Source: Acidimicrobiia bacterium
GTDB lineage: Bacteria > Actinomycetota > Acidimicrobiia > Spongiisociales > ZC4RG35
Direction of reading: 5' to 3'
NCBI GenBank assembly: GCA_965203555.1
Contig: CBDBCY010000004.1
Location: 64,001 to 128,000 of the forward strand
Length of the DNA: 64,000 bases
Shown: positions 17,047 through 27,506 of the stretch, piece by piece
Layout: each line of letters starts with the position of its first letter
Numbering within the stretch: position 1 is the stretch's first letter
Notes under the pieces: model-generated
The model's database searches: none
What the model saw: the letters and a program-made list of their open reading frames with translations, nothing else
What the model was told of the DNA's origin: nothing
Made by a program: the position numbers and the translations under genes

Positions 17047-18072
17047 TCACTCCCCCGGACACCAGGTCCAGTGGCACCGCTTGGCCTTCTCGTATTCCTC
17101 GTCGGAGGGGTAATCATCCCGTTTGGGCTCTGTGTTGGCCCGGCAGGTGAGCCAGTCCCCGTTGACGCACGGGTCGGACGAAGCCGGAGGCGGAGGCGTC
17201 CAAGCTGTGGTCGTCGTCGTGGCGGGCGCCGCCGTAGTGGTCGTGGTCGTTGGGCAGGGAGTGCCCTCGGGATACCAGACACCCGCGCAGACGTGACCTC
17301 CTATCGAGGGCCGGGTCGTGTCCGGCGGGGGATGGTCCGCTCCCCGGCGGGACCGACCCGACCTGGTGGTCGTGGTGGTGACCTCCACCGGGGCGTGACC
17401 GGGACGCACGTCGTAGAACTTCGTCCCGTGATGTCTGGTCACCACCTTCACCCGATAGAACTTGTCCTCGATGTCATAGGACTGTCCGGTGCCCTCCGGT
17501 CGGTGACGACCACCCGGGTCGCTGTACCAGTTGATGTTCGTTCCCCGGTGGACATCAGCAAGAACGGTGTCGACGTGCTGCCAACGCCCGCGCTCGTCCC
17601 ACAGGAACACCTCGCGTTCGCCGTCATCGGGGAGGCGCAGGCACCACAGGGACGGTGCCCTGTCCGGGCGCGACCCTCCCCCGGTGGTGTTGTGGCACCA
17701 CCCTCGGGCCGGGTAGACGGTCGTCGGGGTCTGAGGCTCGTTCTCCAGATTGGCGGATTCGGGGATGAGCGGCCCGGACTTCTCCCACGCCTCAGTGGGA
17801 TCGAGCGGCCCACTGCTACCGTCCACGGGCGTGCACCATTCGCTGATGTGCCGCCCGTTCACTTCCTGTTCGTAAGTGTGTCCGGGTGGACAGGTGGGGC
17901 GCGCCTCGGCCCTCTCGGCGCCCACTGCCGCGGCAACCAGCAGCAACAGCAGCGCCAGGATCAGGTAGACGGTCACCCATTGAACCGCCGAAGACAGAAC
18001 GAGAACGGGCGTCCGGATCCCACCAAGTCTGCTTCCGCGTCTGCGTCGCCATAAGTTCGTACTTGTGCTCAT
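17047..18072 (-). CDS. Hypothetical exported Cys/Trp-rich protein with Thr/Pro-rich linkers
   Basis: AAAGGA RBS before ATG 18072. N-terminal hydrophobic segment VTVYLILALLLLLVAAAVGA followed by AEA. Poly-Thr tracts and several Cys residues. Confidence 0.6.
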   Translation of the reverse strand: MSTSTNLWRRRRGSRLGGIRTPVLVLSSAVQWVTVYLILALLLLLVAAAVGAERAEARPTCPPGHTYEQEVNGRHISEWCTPVDGSSGPLDPTEAWEKSGPLIPESANLENEPQTPTTVYPARGWCHNTTGGGSRPDRAPSLWCLRLPDDGEREVFLWDERGRWQHVDTVLADVHRGTNINWYSDPGGRHRPEGTGQSYDIEDKFYRVKVVTRHHGTKFYDVRPGHAPVEVTTTTTRSGRSRRGADHPPPDTTRPSIGGHVCAGVWYPEGTPCPTTTTTTAAPATTTTTAWTPPPPASSDPCVNGDWLTCRANTEPKRDDYPSDEEYEKAKRCHWTWCPGE

Positions 18073-18532
18073 GAGAACATTCCTTTCACACGGGATGACT
18101 TCCCCATCGGAAGCCACGCGGGTAGGGGAAATCCACCAGTGAGGCGTTGCTTCGGATCAGACACCGAAATTGTTCTGAACGGGCACATCCCACAGCGCCG
18201 GAGGCGCCACCGCTACAACCAGCCGCACAGCAACACCCAAATGCCCCCGCGGGGGGGGGGTGTTGAGAGCCCTCCTTCCCACATGGTGTCACATGTTACA
18301 TCCATCTCCTCGAACAAAGTGGGATATTGTCCGCCTTTTTAGGGGATTTATATACCGTTAATGGCGATCATCGGTTGGTGGCGGGAACAGCTCGGGAGTT
18401 GGAGGGCGACCACCACTGGAACTTGCCCTTCCTTAGCTACCAGGGAGACTATCGGGCAGGAAGTGACCAGGCGCGGGCCGGCCCAACCGGAAGGAGGCAG
18501 GCAGGTGGAACGCGACGGGTAGCATCTTGGGC

Positions 18533-19690
18533 ATGCTTCGGTTTCTGACTGCCGGTGAGTCGCATGGACCCGGGTTGGTGACCGTTGTCGAAGGGTTACC
18601 GGCCGGGTTGGCTTTCAGCGTCGATGATCTGGCGGGGGAGTTGGCGCGGCGGCGGATGGGGTTCGGGAGGGGGAATCGCATGAAACTCGAGCAGGACGAA
18701 CTGGAGATCATGGGAGGGGTGCGTCACGGTTACACGCTGGGGAGCCCGGTGGCGGTGATCATACGCAATACCGAGTGGCCCAGGTGGGAGAGGGAGATGA
18801 GCCCCTTTCCCGGACATGAGCCCCGGCGGCGGATGACGGCTCCCCGGCCCGGTCATGCCGACCTGGCGGGGATGATCAAATACAACACCCATGATGCCCG
18901 AAACATCCTGGAACGGGCCTCGGCCCGCGAGACCGCCGCCCGGACGGTGGTCGGTTATTTGTGCAAGGCGCTTCTGGCCGCGCTGGACGTGGAACTGTTC
19001 AGCCATGTGGTGGCCATCGGGGGCGCCACGGCGCCCGACCATCCGCTTCCGGTTCCCGCCGATCTGGAGACCATCGACCGGTCGCCGGTGCGAGTCTTCC
19101 ACTCGGAGGCGGAGGCGGCGATGATTGCATTGATCGAGGCGGCCAAGGCGGACCGCAACACCCTGGGCGGGGTGGTGGAGGTCCTGGCGTACGGCGTGCC
19201 GCCGGGAATAGGCAGTTACGTCCACTGGGACCGCAAGCTCGACGGCCTTTTGGCCGGGGCACTGATGTCGATTCATGCCATCAAGGGAGTGGAGGTGGGG
19301 GATGGGTTTCGTTCGGCGGCGCGGCGGGGAACGGTTGCCCACGATGAGATCTACTACGAGGAGCAGGAGGGGTACTATCGCCGGACCAACCGGGCCGGGG
19401 GCACCGAGGGAGGCATTACCCTGGGGGGAATTCTCAGGGTGCGGGCCGCAATGAAACCCATCTCCACTGTGATGCGGCCCCTCGACACCGTTGACGTGGA
19501 CACCCGCCGGCCCCACAAGGCCTTTCGGGAACGCTCCGACGTGTGCGCGGTCCCCGCCGCCGGAGTGGTTGCCGAGCAGATGGTGGCGTTCGTCCTCGCC
19601 CGGGAGGTGCAGCGGATGGTGGGAGGCGATACGGTCGACGATCTCCGAGCAGGTTGGGAATCCCACTGGAGAAAGGTGGAGCGGTTCTGA
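18533..19690 (+). CDS. aroC: Chorismate synthase
   Basis: LTAGESHG, PRPGHAD, ERASARETAAR, RAAMKPIST and ERSDVCAVP. Confidence 0.96.
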   Translation: MLRFLTAGESHGPGLVTVVEGLPAGLAFSVDDLAGELARRRMGFGRGNRMKLEQDELEIMGGVRHGYTLGSPVAVIIRNTEWPRWEREMSPFPGHEPRRRMTAPRPGHADLAGMIKYNTHDARNILERASARETAARTVVGYLCKALLAALDVELFSHVVAIGGATAPDHPLPVPADLETIDRSPVRVFHSEAEAAMIALIEAAKADRNTLGGVVEVLAYGVPPGIGSYVHWDRKLDGLLAGALMSIHAIKGVEVGDGFRSAARRGTVAHDEIYYEEQEGYYRRTNRAGGTEGGITLGGILRVRAAMKPISTVMRPLDTVDVDTRRPHKAFRERSDVCAVPAAGVVAEQMVAFVLAREVQRMVGGDTVDDLRAGWESHWRKVERF

Positions 19691-20202
19691 CCCCCAAATT
19701 GTGGCTGATAGGGATGATGAGTTCCGGGAAGACCAAGGTGGGCCGGATGCTGTCGCATCGCAGCGGTCTGCCCTTCGTGGATGTGGACGACGAGATCGTG
19801 GAGCGGGCCGGGATGAACATTCCTCGGATCTTCGCCGACCGGGGCGAGCCGGTCTTCCGGGTCATGGAGTCCGAAGAGGTGGAACGCATTGCCGGTGACG
19901 GGCGGCGACTGGTGGTCGCCACCGGCGGGGGAGTGATCCTGGATCAGCGGAGCCGCCGTCTGATGCGGGAGACCGGACTGGTGGTGTGGTTGAAGCCCTC
20001 CCTCTCGTCGCTCATTGCCAAGCGAAAGACCGCCAATCGTCCCCTCCTGCAGGGCTGCTCCGATCTGGCGGCGCGATACACCGAGATCTGGGAAGCCCGA
20101 AAGCACCTCTACCAGGAGGCTGCCCATCTGAGCGTGAACATGGACGGCAAGACCCGGGAACTGGTGGCCGAGGAAGTATGGAGGCTGTGGAAAGCATCCT
20201 GA
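19687..20202 (+). CDS. aroK: Shikimate kinase
   Basis: LIGMMSSGKT P-loop, GEPVFR, ATGGG and NRPLL. Start approximate. Confidence 0.92.
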   Translation: MTPKLWLIGMMSSGKTKVGRMLSHRSGLPFVDVDDEIVERAGMNIPRIFADRGEPVFRVMESEEVERIAGDGRRLVVATGGGVILDQRSRRLMRETGLVVWLKPSLSSLIAKRKTANRPLLQGCSDLAARYTEIWEARKHLYQEAAHLSVNMDGKTRELVAEEVWRLWKAS

Positions 20203-21245
20203 TCGGCGACCGGTGCGAGATACTGGTCTCGGACGGGTTGCCGTCGTCGCTCCTGCCCGCCCGTCGGGGTCTTCCCCCTTCCCGGGTTGTGGTGCTCACC
20301 CAGCCGGGACCGGTCGCCGAAGTGGCCGCCAGGGTTGTCGACCGCATCGAACGGGACTTTGAAGAGGAAAGCGGTCCCACGGCGGCGGTGCACACTGTGC
20401 GGATACCCGACCGTGACGAGGCAAAGACCCTGGGAGTAGCCGAACAGATCTACCGGGAACTCGATAGGCTCAGGGTGGACAGATACGACACGCTGGTGGG
20501 GGTGGGGGGAGGGGCCGCTACCGACCTGGCCGGATTTGTCGCCTCCACGTGGCTTCGAGGAGTGGAGGCGGTATACGTGCCGACCACAATGTTGGGCGCC
20601 GTGGACGCCTCGATCGGAGGAAAGACCGGCGTCAACCGGGAGGGCAAGAACCAGATAGGAACTTTCCGCCATCCCCGCCGGGTGATTGTCTCCGTCGATG
20701 TCCTGAGAGCACTGCCCCGCGGACTGCTCGTCGAGGGGATGGCCGAGACGCTGAAGGCCGGATTGATCGCCGATCCCCAGCTGGTGGGGATACTGGAGGA
20801 GCACGGGTTGGAATCTCCGCTTTCGGAAGTCGTGACCAGGGCGGTGCGGGTGAAGGCCGACGTGGTGGCGGACGACTTCTTCGAGAGGGGCCGCCGGGCG
20901 ATCCTCAACTACGGGCACACTATCGGCCACGCGGTGGAGACGGCCACCGGTGTACCCCACGGTCACGCGGTGGCGGTGGGGATGGTGGCGGCCGCCGCAA
21001 TCTCGGCCGAGAAGGTGGGATATGCCCACCGCAGACGACAGCGGGCGGTGATCGCCTCCCTGGGACTGCCGGTGCATTCCCCGCCGGTTGACCGTCCGGT
21101 GATTATGGAGTTGCTCGGCAGGGACAAGAAACGCCAGGGCGGTCCTCTTCCCAAGATGGTGCTGCTGGAAGACTTCGGCAAGCCGGTGATAGTTGACATC
21201 TCGCCTCAAGACCTGGAGACTGGATTGACGGCGATCGGGTTGTGA
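20178..21245 (+). CDS. aroB: 3-dehydroquinate synthase
   Basis: GGGAATDLAGF, PTTMLGAVDASIGGKTGVN, KNQIG, LNYGHTIGHA and HGHAV. Confidence 0.95.
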   Translation: MEAVESILIGDRCEILVSDGLPSSLLPARRGLPPSRVVVLTQPGPVAEVAARVVDRIERDFEEESGPTAAVHTVRIPDRDEAKTLGVAEQIYRELDRLRVDRYDTLVGVGGGAATDLAGFVASTWLRGVEAVYVPTTMLGAVDASIGGKTGVNREGKNQIGTFRHPRRVIVSVDVLRALPRGLLVEGMAETLKAGLIADPQLVGILEEHGLESPLSEVVTRAVRVKADVVADDFFERGRRAILNYGHTIGHAVETATGVPHGHAVAVGMVAAAAISAEKVGYAHRRRQRAVIASLGLPVHSPPVDRPVIMELLGRDKKRQGGPLPKMVLLEDFGKPVIVDISPQDLETGLTAIGL

Positions 21246-21289
21246 TCCTCTACACTTCGGTCTGAATTTCCCCGAGCCAATAGCGAACC

Positions 21290-21847
21290 ATGATCTCCAC
21301 CAATGATGTCCGTCCAGGCATGGCCCTGGAACTGCCCGACGGGATTTTCACCATCGTCACTTACCAGCACGTCAAGCCCGGAAAGGGTAAGGCTTTCGTG
21401 CGGATGAAGATCAAGAACGCCGAGACCGGGCAGGTCCTGGATCGGACCTTCCGGGCGGACGAGGATGTGCCCCGGGCGATCATTTCCCGCCGTGACCATC
21501 AGTACCTCTACCAGGACGATCTGGGTTTTCATTTCATGAACCTGGAGGACTACTCCCAGTTCGCTCTCAGTTCCGAAGAAGTCGGAGACGACGCCGGGTA
21601 TCTGGTGGAGGGGATGACCCTGACCATCGCCTTTCACATCGAACGTCCGATCGGCATGGAACTTCCTCCCTCGGTGGAGATGGAGGTGACCTATGCGGAG
21701 CCGGGGGTGAAGGGAGATCGGGTGTCGGGTGCCACCAAGGACGTTGTCGTCGAGACCGGCATCACCATCAAGACGCCGCTGTTCGTGGAGCAGGGTGACC
21801 GCATCAGGGTGGACACCCGCACCGGCGCCTATCTGACCCGAGTGTGA
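21290..21847 (+). CDS. efp: Elongation factor P
   Basis: HVKPGKGKAF, PGVKGD and DTRTGAY. Confidence 0.96.
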   Translation: MISTNDVRPGMALELPDGIFTIVTYQHVKPGKGKAFVRMKIKNAETGQVLDRTFRADEDVPRAIISRRDHQYLYQDDLGFHFMNLEDYSQFALSSEEVGDDAGYLVEGMTLTIAFHIERPIGMELPPSVEMEVTYAEPGVKGDRVSGATKDVVVETGITIKTPLFVEQGDRIRVDTRTGAYLTRV

Positions 21848-23484
21848 AAGGCCAGCCAGGGTCGGAGGAGACTGTCCCGCCGTTCTTCGGTTCCCGCCAC
21901 GACCCGCGCCATCAGGCGCTCGAGGTTCTCTACGGAATGGACATGTCCGGCGGGTCTGCCGCCGAACTGGGCGAATTACTGGCGGACAAGCTTCCCAAGG
22001 CCCGGCGGATTGTGCGGGGGGTGGCCGCTGACACCGACCGGATCGATGCGATTATCGAGAGAGCTGCCCAGGACTGGAAAGCCACCCGCATGCCGCCCAT
22101 CGATCTGGCGATTTTGCGAATGGCGGTGTACGAGCTCCGCCGTCATTCCCGCACCACGGTGGCGGTCATCATCTCCGAGGCGGTCCGAATCGCAGGAGAG
22201 TTCTCCACCGCCCACAGCAGCCGGTTCGTGAACGGCGTTTTGGGGACCGTGGCCGGGTGGATAAGACCTGTCCATGACGCGCCCGCGGTCCAGGCAGCCG
22301 GACCATTCGGGGTCAGGCGCCGGCGACGTTCCACAGCCGGTCTTTTGGTGACCGCCGACGGGGAGGTCTTCCGGGGATGGTCGGTGGGGTCTTCGGGAAC
22401 CACGGTGGGGGAGGTGGTGTTCAACACCGCCATGAGCGGCTACCAGGAGGTTTTCACCGATCCGTCCTATGCGGGACAGATCGTGGTGATGACCGCCCCT
22501 CACATCGGCAACTACGGGGTGACCGACCTGGACTCCCAGGCCGGACGGCCCGCGGCGGCCGGGGTGGTGATGAGATCCTATTCCCACCGCTACTCCAGTT
22601 GGAGGGCGGAGGGCGACTTGTCCGACTTCCTGTCCGACCACGGCATGGTGGCGGTGAGCGGGATCGACACCCGCCGATTGACCCGTCACATCCGGGAGCG
22701 GGGAGCAATGCCCGCTGCTATGGGAGACGGAGTGTCGGCCGCCGAATTGGCCGACATGGCCGCTTCCGCTCCGAAAATGGTGGGCCAGGATCTTGCCTCG
22801 GGGGTCTCCACCGCAGGCTCCTACACGGTGGGCGCCCATGGGTCCTCCCGTGGAAAGGTGGTGGCCATCGACCTGGGAATCAAACGCGACATTCTCGACC
22901 AAATGGCTGGTCGAGGACTTGACGTGGAAGTAGTGCCGTCCGGCGTATCGGCGACGCAAATCCTGGAATACCGGCCCGACGGGGTCTTTCTTTCCAACGG
23001 CCCGGGGGATCCCGAGCCTCTCGAGACCGTGATCACCACCCTGCGGGGGATCTTGGGAAAGACCCCGGTGTTCGGGATATGTCTGGGCCAGCAGGTGATG
23101 GGCCTGGCCCTGGGGGCCGCGACCTACAAGATGCCCTTCGGTCACCACGGCGGGAATCACCCGGTGCGCCGATTGGAGGACGGCAGGGTGGAGATAACCT
23201 CGCAGAACCACGGGTTCTCGGTCGATCTGTGGTCACTGGCCGGGCGTCCGGCGCCTTCCCGGAAGGGGCTGGTCACCTCGGAACTGCTGCCACCCGAAGT
23301 CGAGTCGGAGTTCGGGATGGTGGTCCCGACCCATCAGAACCTCAACGACGGGACTCTGGAGGGTCTCGAGTGCCGGGAAGTGCCCGCCTTCTCGGTGCAG
23401 TACCACCCCGAGGCGGCACCCGGACCGCGGGATGCGGTGGGGCTTTTCGACGACTTTGTGCGCCTGATGGATCGAGGGGTGTAG
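21844..23484 (+). CDS. nusB-carA: In-frame fusion of NusB (N-terminal ~140 aa) and carbamoyl-phosphate synthase small subunit CarA
   Basis: NusB motifs R..ALEVLY, IDLAILRMAVYEL, EAVRIA and FVNGVL. With no intervening stop, CarA motifs follow: GEVVFNTAMSGYQE..TDPSY, LSNGPGDP, GICLG, SQNHGF and VQYHPE. Confidence 0.9.
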   Translation: MKGQPGSEETVPPFFGSRHDPRHQALEVLYGMDMSGGSAAELGELLADKLPKARRIVRGVAADTDRIDAIIERAAQDWKATRMPPIDLAILRMAVYELRRHSRTTVAVIISEAVRIAGEFSTAHSSRFVNGVLGTVAGWIRPVHDAPAVQAAGPFGVRRRRRSTAGLLVTADGEVFRGWSVGSSGTTVGEVVFNTAMSGYQEVFTDPSYAGQIVVMTAPHIGNYGVTDLDSQAGRPAAAGVVMRSYSHRYSSWRAEGDLSDFLSDHGMVAVSGIDTRRLTRHIRERGAMPAAMGDGVSAAELADMAASAPKMVGQDLASGVSTAGSYTVGAHGSSRGKVVAIDLGIKRDILDQMAGRGLDVEVVPSGVSATQILEYRPDGVFLSNGPGDPEPLETVITTLRGILGKTPVFGICLGQQVMGLALGAATYKMPFGHHGGNHPVRRLEDGRVEITSQNHGFSVDLWSLAGRPAPSRKGLVTSELLPPEVESEFGMVVPTHQNLNDGTLEGLECREVPAFSVQYHPEAAPGPRDAVGLFDDFVRLMDRGV

Positions 23485-23490
23485 TCGCTG

Positions 23491-26400
23491 ATGCCCGCCC
23501 GCCGCGACATCCGTTCCATCCTGCTGGTGGGATCGGGGCCGATCGTCATCGGACAGGCCTGTGAGTTCGACTATTCGGGAACTCAGGCCGCCAAGGCCCT
23601 GCGCCGGGAGGGTTACCGGGTGTTGCTGGTCAACTCCAATCCGGCCACCATCATGACCGATCCCGAGTTCGCTGACCAGACCTACGTGGAACCCATCACC
23701 CCCGAGGTGGTCGAACGGATCATCGACAAGGAGCGTCCCGACACCTTGCTGCCGACGCTGGGTGGACAGACGGCCTTGAACATCACCGCCCAACTGGTGG
23801 GGAGGGGGACGCTGGAAAGGTACGGGGTGGAGTTGATCGGGGCGGGAATGGAAGCAATCGAGCGGGCGGAGGATCGGGGGAGATTCCGGGAGGTGATGGC
23901 TGAGGCCGGACTCGAGACACCCAAGGCGGGATACGCCAAGTCGATGCAGGATGCCCGCTCCATCGCCGCCCGACTGGGATACCCCCTCATGATACGACCG
24001 TCCTACATCCTGGGAGGAGGGGGGACCGGGATGGCCTACGACGCCCGGCAGTTCGAACAGGTGGCCCGCCGGGGACTGGCCGCCTCGCCGGTGAGGGAAA
24101 TCCTGGTGGAGGAGTCGGTGGAGGGCTGGAAGGAATTCGAACTGGAGGTGATGAGGGACCACGCCGACAATGCAGTGGTGATCTGTTCGATAGAGAACCT
24201 CGACGCCATGGGCGTGCACACCGGAGATTCGATAACCGTGGCGCCCATCCAGACCCTTTCTGACCGGGAATACCAACAAATGCGGGACGATGGGATCAAG
24301 GTGCTGCGGGCGATCGGGGTGGAGACGGGAGGTTCCAACGTTCAATTCGCGGTGGCGCCGGAATCGGGCCGGCGGCTGGTGATCGAGATGAATCCCCGGG
24401 TCTCCCGTTCCTCGGCCCTGGCCTCCAAGGCCACCGGCTTTCCCATCGCCAAGATCGCCGCGCTGCTGGCGGTGGGTTACACCCTGGACGAGATCACCAA
24501 CGACATCACCGGTCAGACGCCCGCTTCGTTTGAACCGGCGCTTGATTACGTTGTGGTGAAGGCCCCCCGTTTCGATTTCGCCAAGTTCGCGGCAACTCCC
24601 CGCCGGTTGGGGTCTTCAATGCAAAGTGTCGGAGAGGCGATGGCGATCGGACGAACCTTTCCTGAGGCGCTGCAAAAGGCGCTTCGGAGCCTGGAGACCG
24701 GGCGGTTGGGTCTTGGGGCGGATCCCGCCTCCGACCAGATGGAGAAACTGTCCGGCCCGCAACTGAGCGAACTGTTGGCCATTCCCAATCCCGACCGCGT
24801 GGTGGCAGTCGGTGAGGCGCTGCGAAGAGGATGGTCCCCCGAGAAGGTCTGCGGGCTGACCGCCTACGATCCCTGGTTCGCCCACCAGATCGGCGAGATC
24901 GTGCAACTTCGGGAGGAGTTGTGGATCAGGGGTCCGCAGGATGACCTGTGGGGGGACGCCAAGCGCTACGGGTTCTCGGACGCCCAACTTTCATATCTGT
25001 GGGGCAGGACCGAAGAGGAGATCAGACAGGCAAGACTGGCCAGGGGAATCCGGCGGACCTATAAGACGGTGGACACCTGCGCGGCGGAGTTCGAGGCCCA
25101 GACCCCCTACATGTACGGGACCTTTGAGGACGAAGACGAGGTTCCGCCCGCCCGTCGTCCTCGAGTGGTGGTGCTGGGCGCCGGTCCCAACCGGATCGGC
25201 CAAGGGATAGAATTCGACTACTGCTGCGTGCAGGCCGCCTTTGCCTTGGGGGAGGTGGGATACGAGACAGTGATGGTCAACTGCAACCCCGAGACGGTAT
25301 CCACCGACTATGACACCTCCCATCGTCTCTATTTCGAGCCCCTTACGGTGGAGGACGTGCTGGATGTCGTAGCCGCAGAACAGCCGGTGGGGGTGATAGT
25401 GCAGTTCGGCGGACAGACTCCGCTCAACCTGGCCGGAAGGCTCGCCGAGGCAGGGACACCGATCGCCGGGACCTCTCCGGCTTCGATCGACCTGGCCGAA
25501 GACCGGGAAAGCTTCTCGGAGTTGTGCAAGCGATTGGGCATTCTCCAACCCCGCCACGGCTTGGCCCGGTCGCGGTCGGAGGCTCGCCAAGTGGCCGGCG
25601 AGATGGGCTTTCCGGTGGTGGCGCGGCCCTCCTTTGTTTTGGGAGGTAGAAAAATGCAGGTGCTGGCGGATTCCGGGGAACTGGACGTTTACCTGGACGA
25701 GGTATATGGAAACATCGACGAAGCCGATCTGGCCGCCGCCCCGTTGCTGATCGACTCCTTTTTGGAATCGGCGATCGAAATCGATGTCGACGCCGTGTAC
25801 GACGGGGAGGAATTGTTGATGGGAGGCATCATGGAACATGTCGAGGAGGCCGGGGTCCATTCCGGAGACTCTGCTTGCATCACTCCACCTCGCACCCTGG
25901 GCGGGGCCGCTCGCCGCGCGATACATGCCATGACTGCATCCTTGGCTGAAGCTTTGCAAGTGCGGGGTTTGATCAACGTTCAATATGCAGTTAAGGGTGA
26001 GGATGTATATCTACTGGAGGCCAATCCTCGGGCATCCCGCACCGTCCCGTTCATCTCCAAGGTGCGGGGATTGCCCCTGGCCAAGTTGGCGGCCCGGGTG
26101 ATGATGGGCGCCACCCTGGCGGAATTGCGATCAGAAGGACTGTACCGGGAGGGGTCGAAGCCCCCAATGGTCGGAGTCAAGGAGGCTGTATTGCCGTGGG
26201 ATCGCTTCCCCAGTTCCCACCCGGTGCTGGGTCCGGAGATGCGGGCTACCGGGGAGGTCATGGGGGTGGGAACCGACTGGAGGATCGCCTATGGAAAGGC
26301 GTTGCTGGGCGCCGGGGACCGGCTGCGAAGTTCGGGAACGGTGTTGATGCTGCTGGCGGAGGCCGACATAGGCGATGGTGAATCGCTGGTGGCCGGATGG

Positions 26401-26721
26401 AGGAAGCACGGACTTGCCCAGGTGGCTGATCACCGCACGGCGGCAGCCTGGGGCAGTCCCGACGTCCGGTCCCTGCCACCCGGGGAACAGGGCCGCAGCG
26501 CCGCATTGCGGATGATCGAATCGGGGCAGGTGGCTATGGTGATCAACACCTACGGGAGCGATATTTCCCGGTTCGACGGGCGGCGCCTCTATCGGGCCGC
26601 CCGCCGCCAGGGGATTCCCTACATGACCACTTTGGCCGCCGCCGGGGCCTCCGCCGAGATACTGGACTCGGATCTCGAGGCGATCAATGTACCGCGAAGT
26701 CTTCAGGACTGGGGCGGATGA
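23491..26721 (+). CDS. carB: Carbamoyl-phosphate synthase large subunit
   Basis: [49 protein letters not shown] and EANPRASRT. Confidence 0.97.
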   Translation: MPARRDIRSILLVGSGPIVIGQACEFDYSGTQAAKALRREGYRVLLVNSNPATIMTDPEFADQTYVEPITPEVVERIIDKERPDTLLPTLGGQTALNITAQLVGRGTLERYGVELIGAGMEAIERAEDRGRFREVMAEAGLETPKAGYAKSMQDARSIAARLGYPLMIRPSYILGGGGTGMAYDARQFEQVARRGLAASPVREILVEESVEGWKEFELEVMRDHADNAVVICSIENLDAMGVHTGDSITVAPIQTLSDREYQQMRDDGIKVLRAIGVETGGSNVQFAVAPESGRRLVIEMNPRVSRSSALASKATGFPIAKIAALLAVGYTLDEITNDITGQTPASFEPALDYVVVKAPRFDFAKFAATPRRLGSSMQSVGEAMAIGRTFPEALQKALRSLETGRLGLGADPASDQMEKLSGPQLSELLAIPNPDRVVAVGEALRRGWSPEKVCGLTAYDPWFAHQIGEIVQLREELWIRGPQDDLWGDAKRYGFSDAQLSYLWGRTEEEIRQARLARGIRRTYKTVDTCAAEFEAQTPYMYGTFEDEDEVPPARRPRVVVLGAGPNRIGQGIEFDYCCVQAAFALGEVGYETVMVNCNPETVSTDYDTSHRLYFEPLTVEDVLDVVAAEQPVGVIVQFGGQTPLNLAGRLAEAGTPIAGTSPASIDLAEDRESFSELCKRLGILQPRHGLARSRSEARQVAGEMGFPVVARPSFVLGGRKMQVLADSGELDVYLDEVYGNIDEADLAAAPLLIDSFLESAIEIDVDAVYDGEELLMGGIMEHVEEAGVHSGDSACITPPRTLGGAARRAIHAMTASLAEALQVRGLINVQYAVKGEDVYLLEANPRASRTVPFISKVRGLPLAKLAARVMMGATLAELRSEGLYREGSKPPMVGVKEAVLPWDRFPSSHPVLGPEMRATGEVMGVGTDWRIAYGKALLGAGDRLRSSGTVLMLLAEADIGDGESLVAGWRKHGLAQVADHRTAAAWGSPDVRSLPPGEQGRSAALRMIESGQVAMVINTYGSDISRFDGRRLYRAARRQGIPYMTTLAAAGASAEILDSDLEAINVPRSLQDWGG

Positions 26722-27401
26722 GCATCCTGGGCGAACAGGTGTTGATTCGCCTGGCCGACGGCGATGCCGAAGAGGCGGTCAGAACCGTCGCGGAGTTGGG
26801 AGATGAGGTGGGTGGATTCGTGATGGGCGCCGGTCTGTTCTTCGATCGCGGCCCGATTCTGGTGGGCGCCCTCTGCGCTCTCGGAAAGCCCCTGCTGGTG
26901 GATCTGGGTATATTGGATCGGCCGCAGGTCGTAGCCAGAGCGGTGGCGCGAATGGGTAAGTTGGGGGCTCGGTGGGTGAGCGTCTCCGGATTGGGAGGCC
27001 GGGAGGCGGTGGAGGCGGCGGTGGCCGAGGCGGAGGTTTATCCTCGAACCTCGGTGGTGGTGTCGGCGGCCCTGGCCGGCTGGGCCCGCGAGCACGAGTT
27101 GAAAGGGGTTGGCATCTTTGACAGTCCCGGAATCCAGGTTTCCAGGATGACCAAATTGGCTCTGAAGTCCGGAGCGGAAGGGATACTGTTTCCTGCCAGG
27201 GAACTGGGTGTGGTGGTTCAGGTTTCGAGATCGGAGGGTTTCTCCAGAGTGGGAAACTCCGAAGGCTTCTGGAGAATGGCGGATATGACCGGTCGTCTAT
27301 TCTCATCGGGACACGTGACAGAGGTAGACGGCATAGTCGCAGGAGGCGCTCACCGGGTGATACTTCCACAGGTGACGATGGAGGGCGACGAGGGAAAATG
27401 A
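26718..27401 (+). CDS. pyrF: OMP decarboxylase-like protein lacking the catalytic lysines
   Basis: Sits at the pyrF position and aligns by eye to ODCase. FKVG is FVMG, DLKxHDIPNT is [10 protein letters not shown], and TVH is SVS. Confidence 0.7.
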   Translation: MSILGEQVLIRLADGDAEEAVRTVAELGDEVGGFVMGAGLFFDRGPILVGALCALGKPLLVDLGILDRPQVVARAVARMGKLGARWVSVSGLGGREAVEAAVAEAEVYPRTSVVVSAALAGWAREHELKGVGIFDSPGIQVSRMTKLALKSGAEGILFPARELGVVVQVSRSEGFSRVGNSEGFWRMADMTGRLFSSGHVTEVDGIVAGGAHRVILPQVTMEGDEGK

Positions 27402-27506
27402 CGTGTTCGACGCGCGGTGATTTTTACGATTCTGTTGGTTTTTGGTAAGGTTTCGGCCAATTTGGAGACTCCCAAAGCCGATGACTGACGCATACCTAGG
27501 AGCATC

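Noticed and set aside
23225-23320. ~20-aa insertion in the CarA glutaminase domain
   Set aside because: It falls in a length-variable surface region and the catalytic residues are intact.
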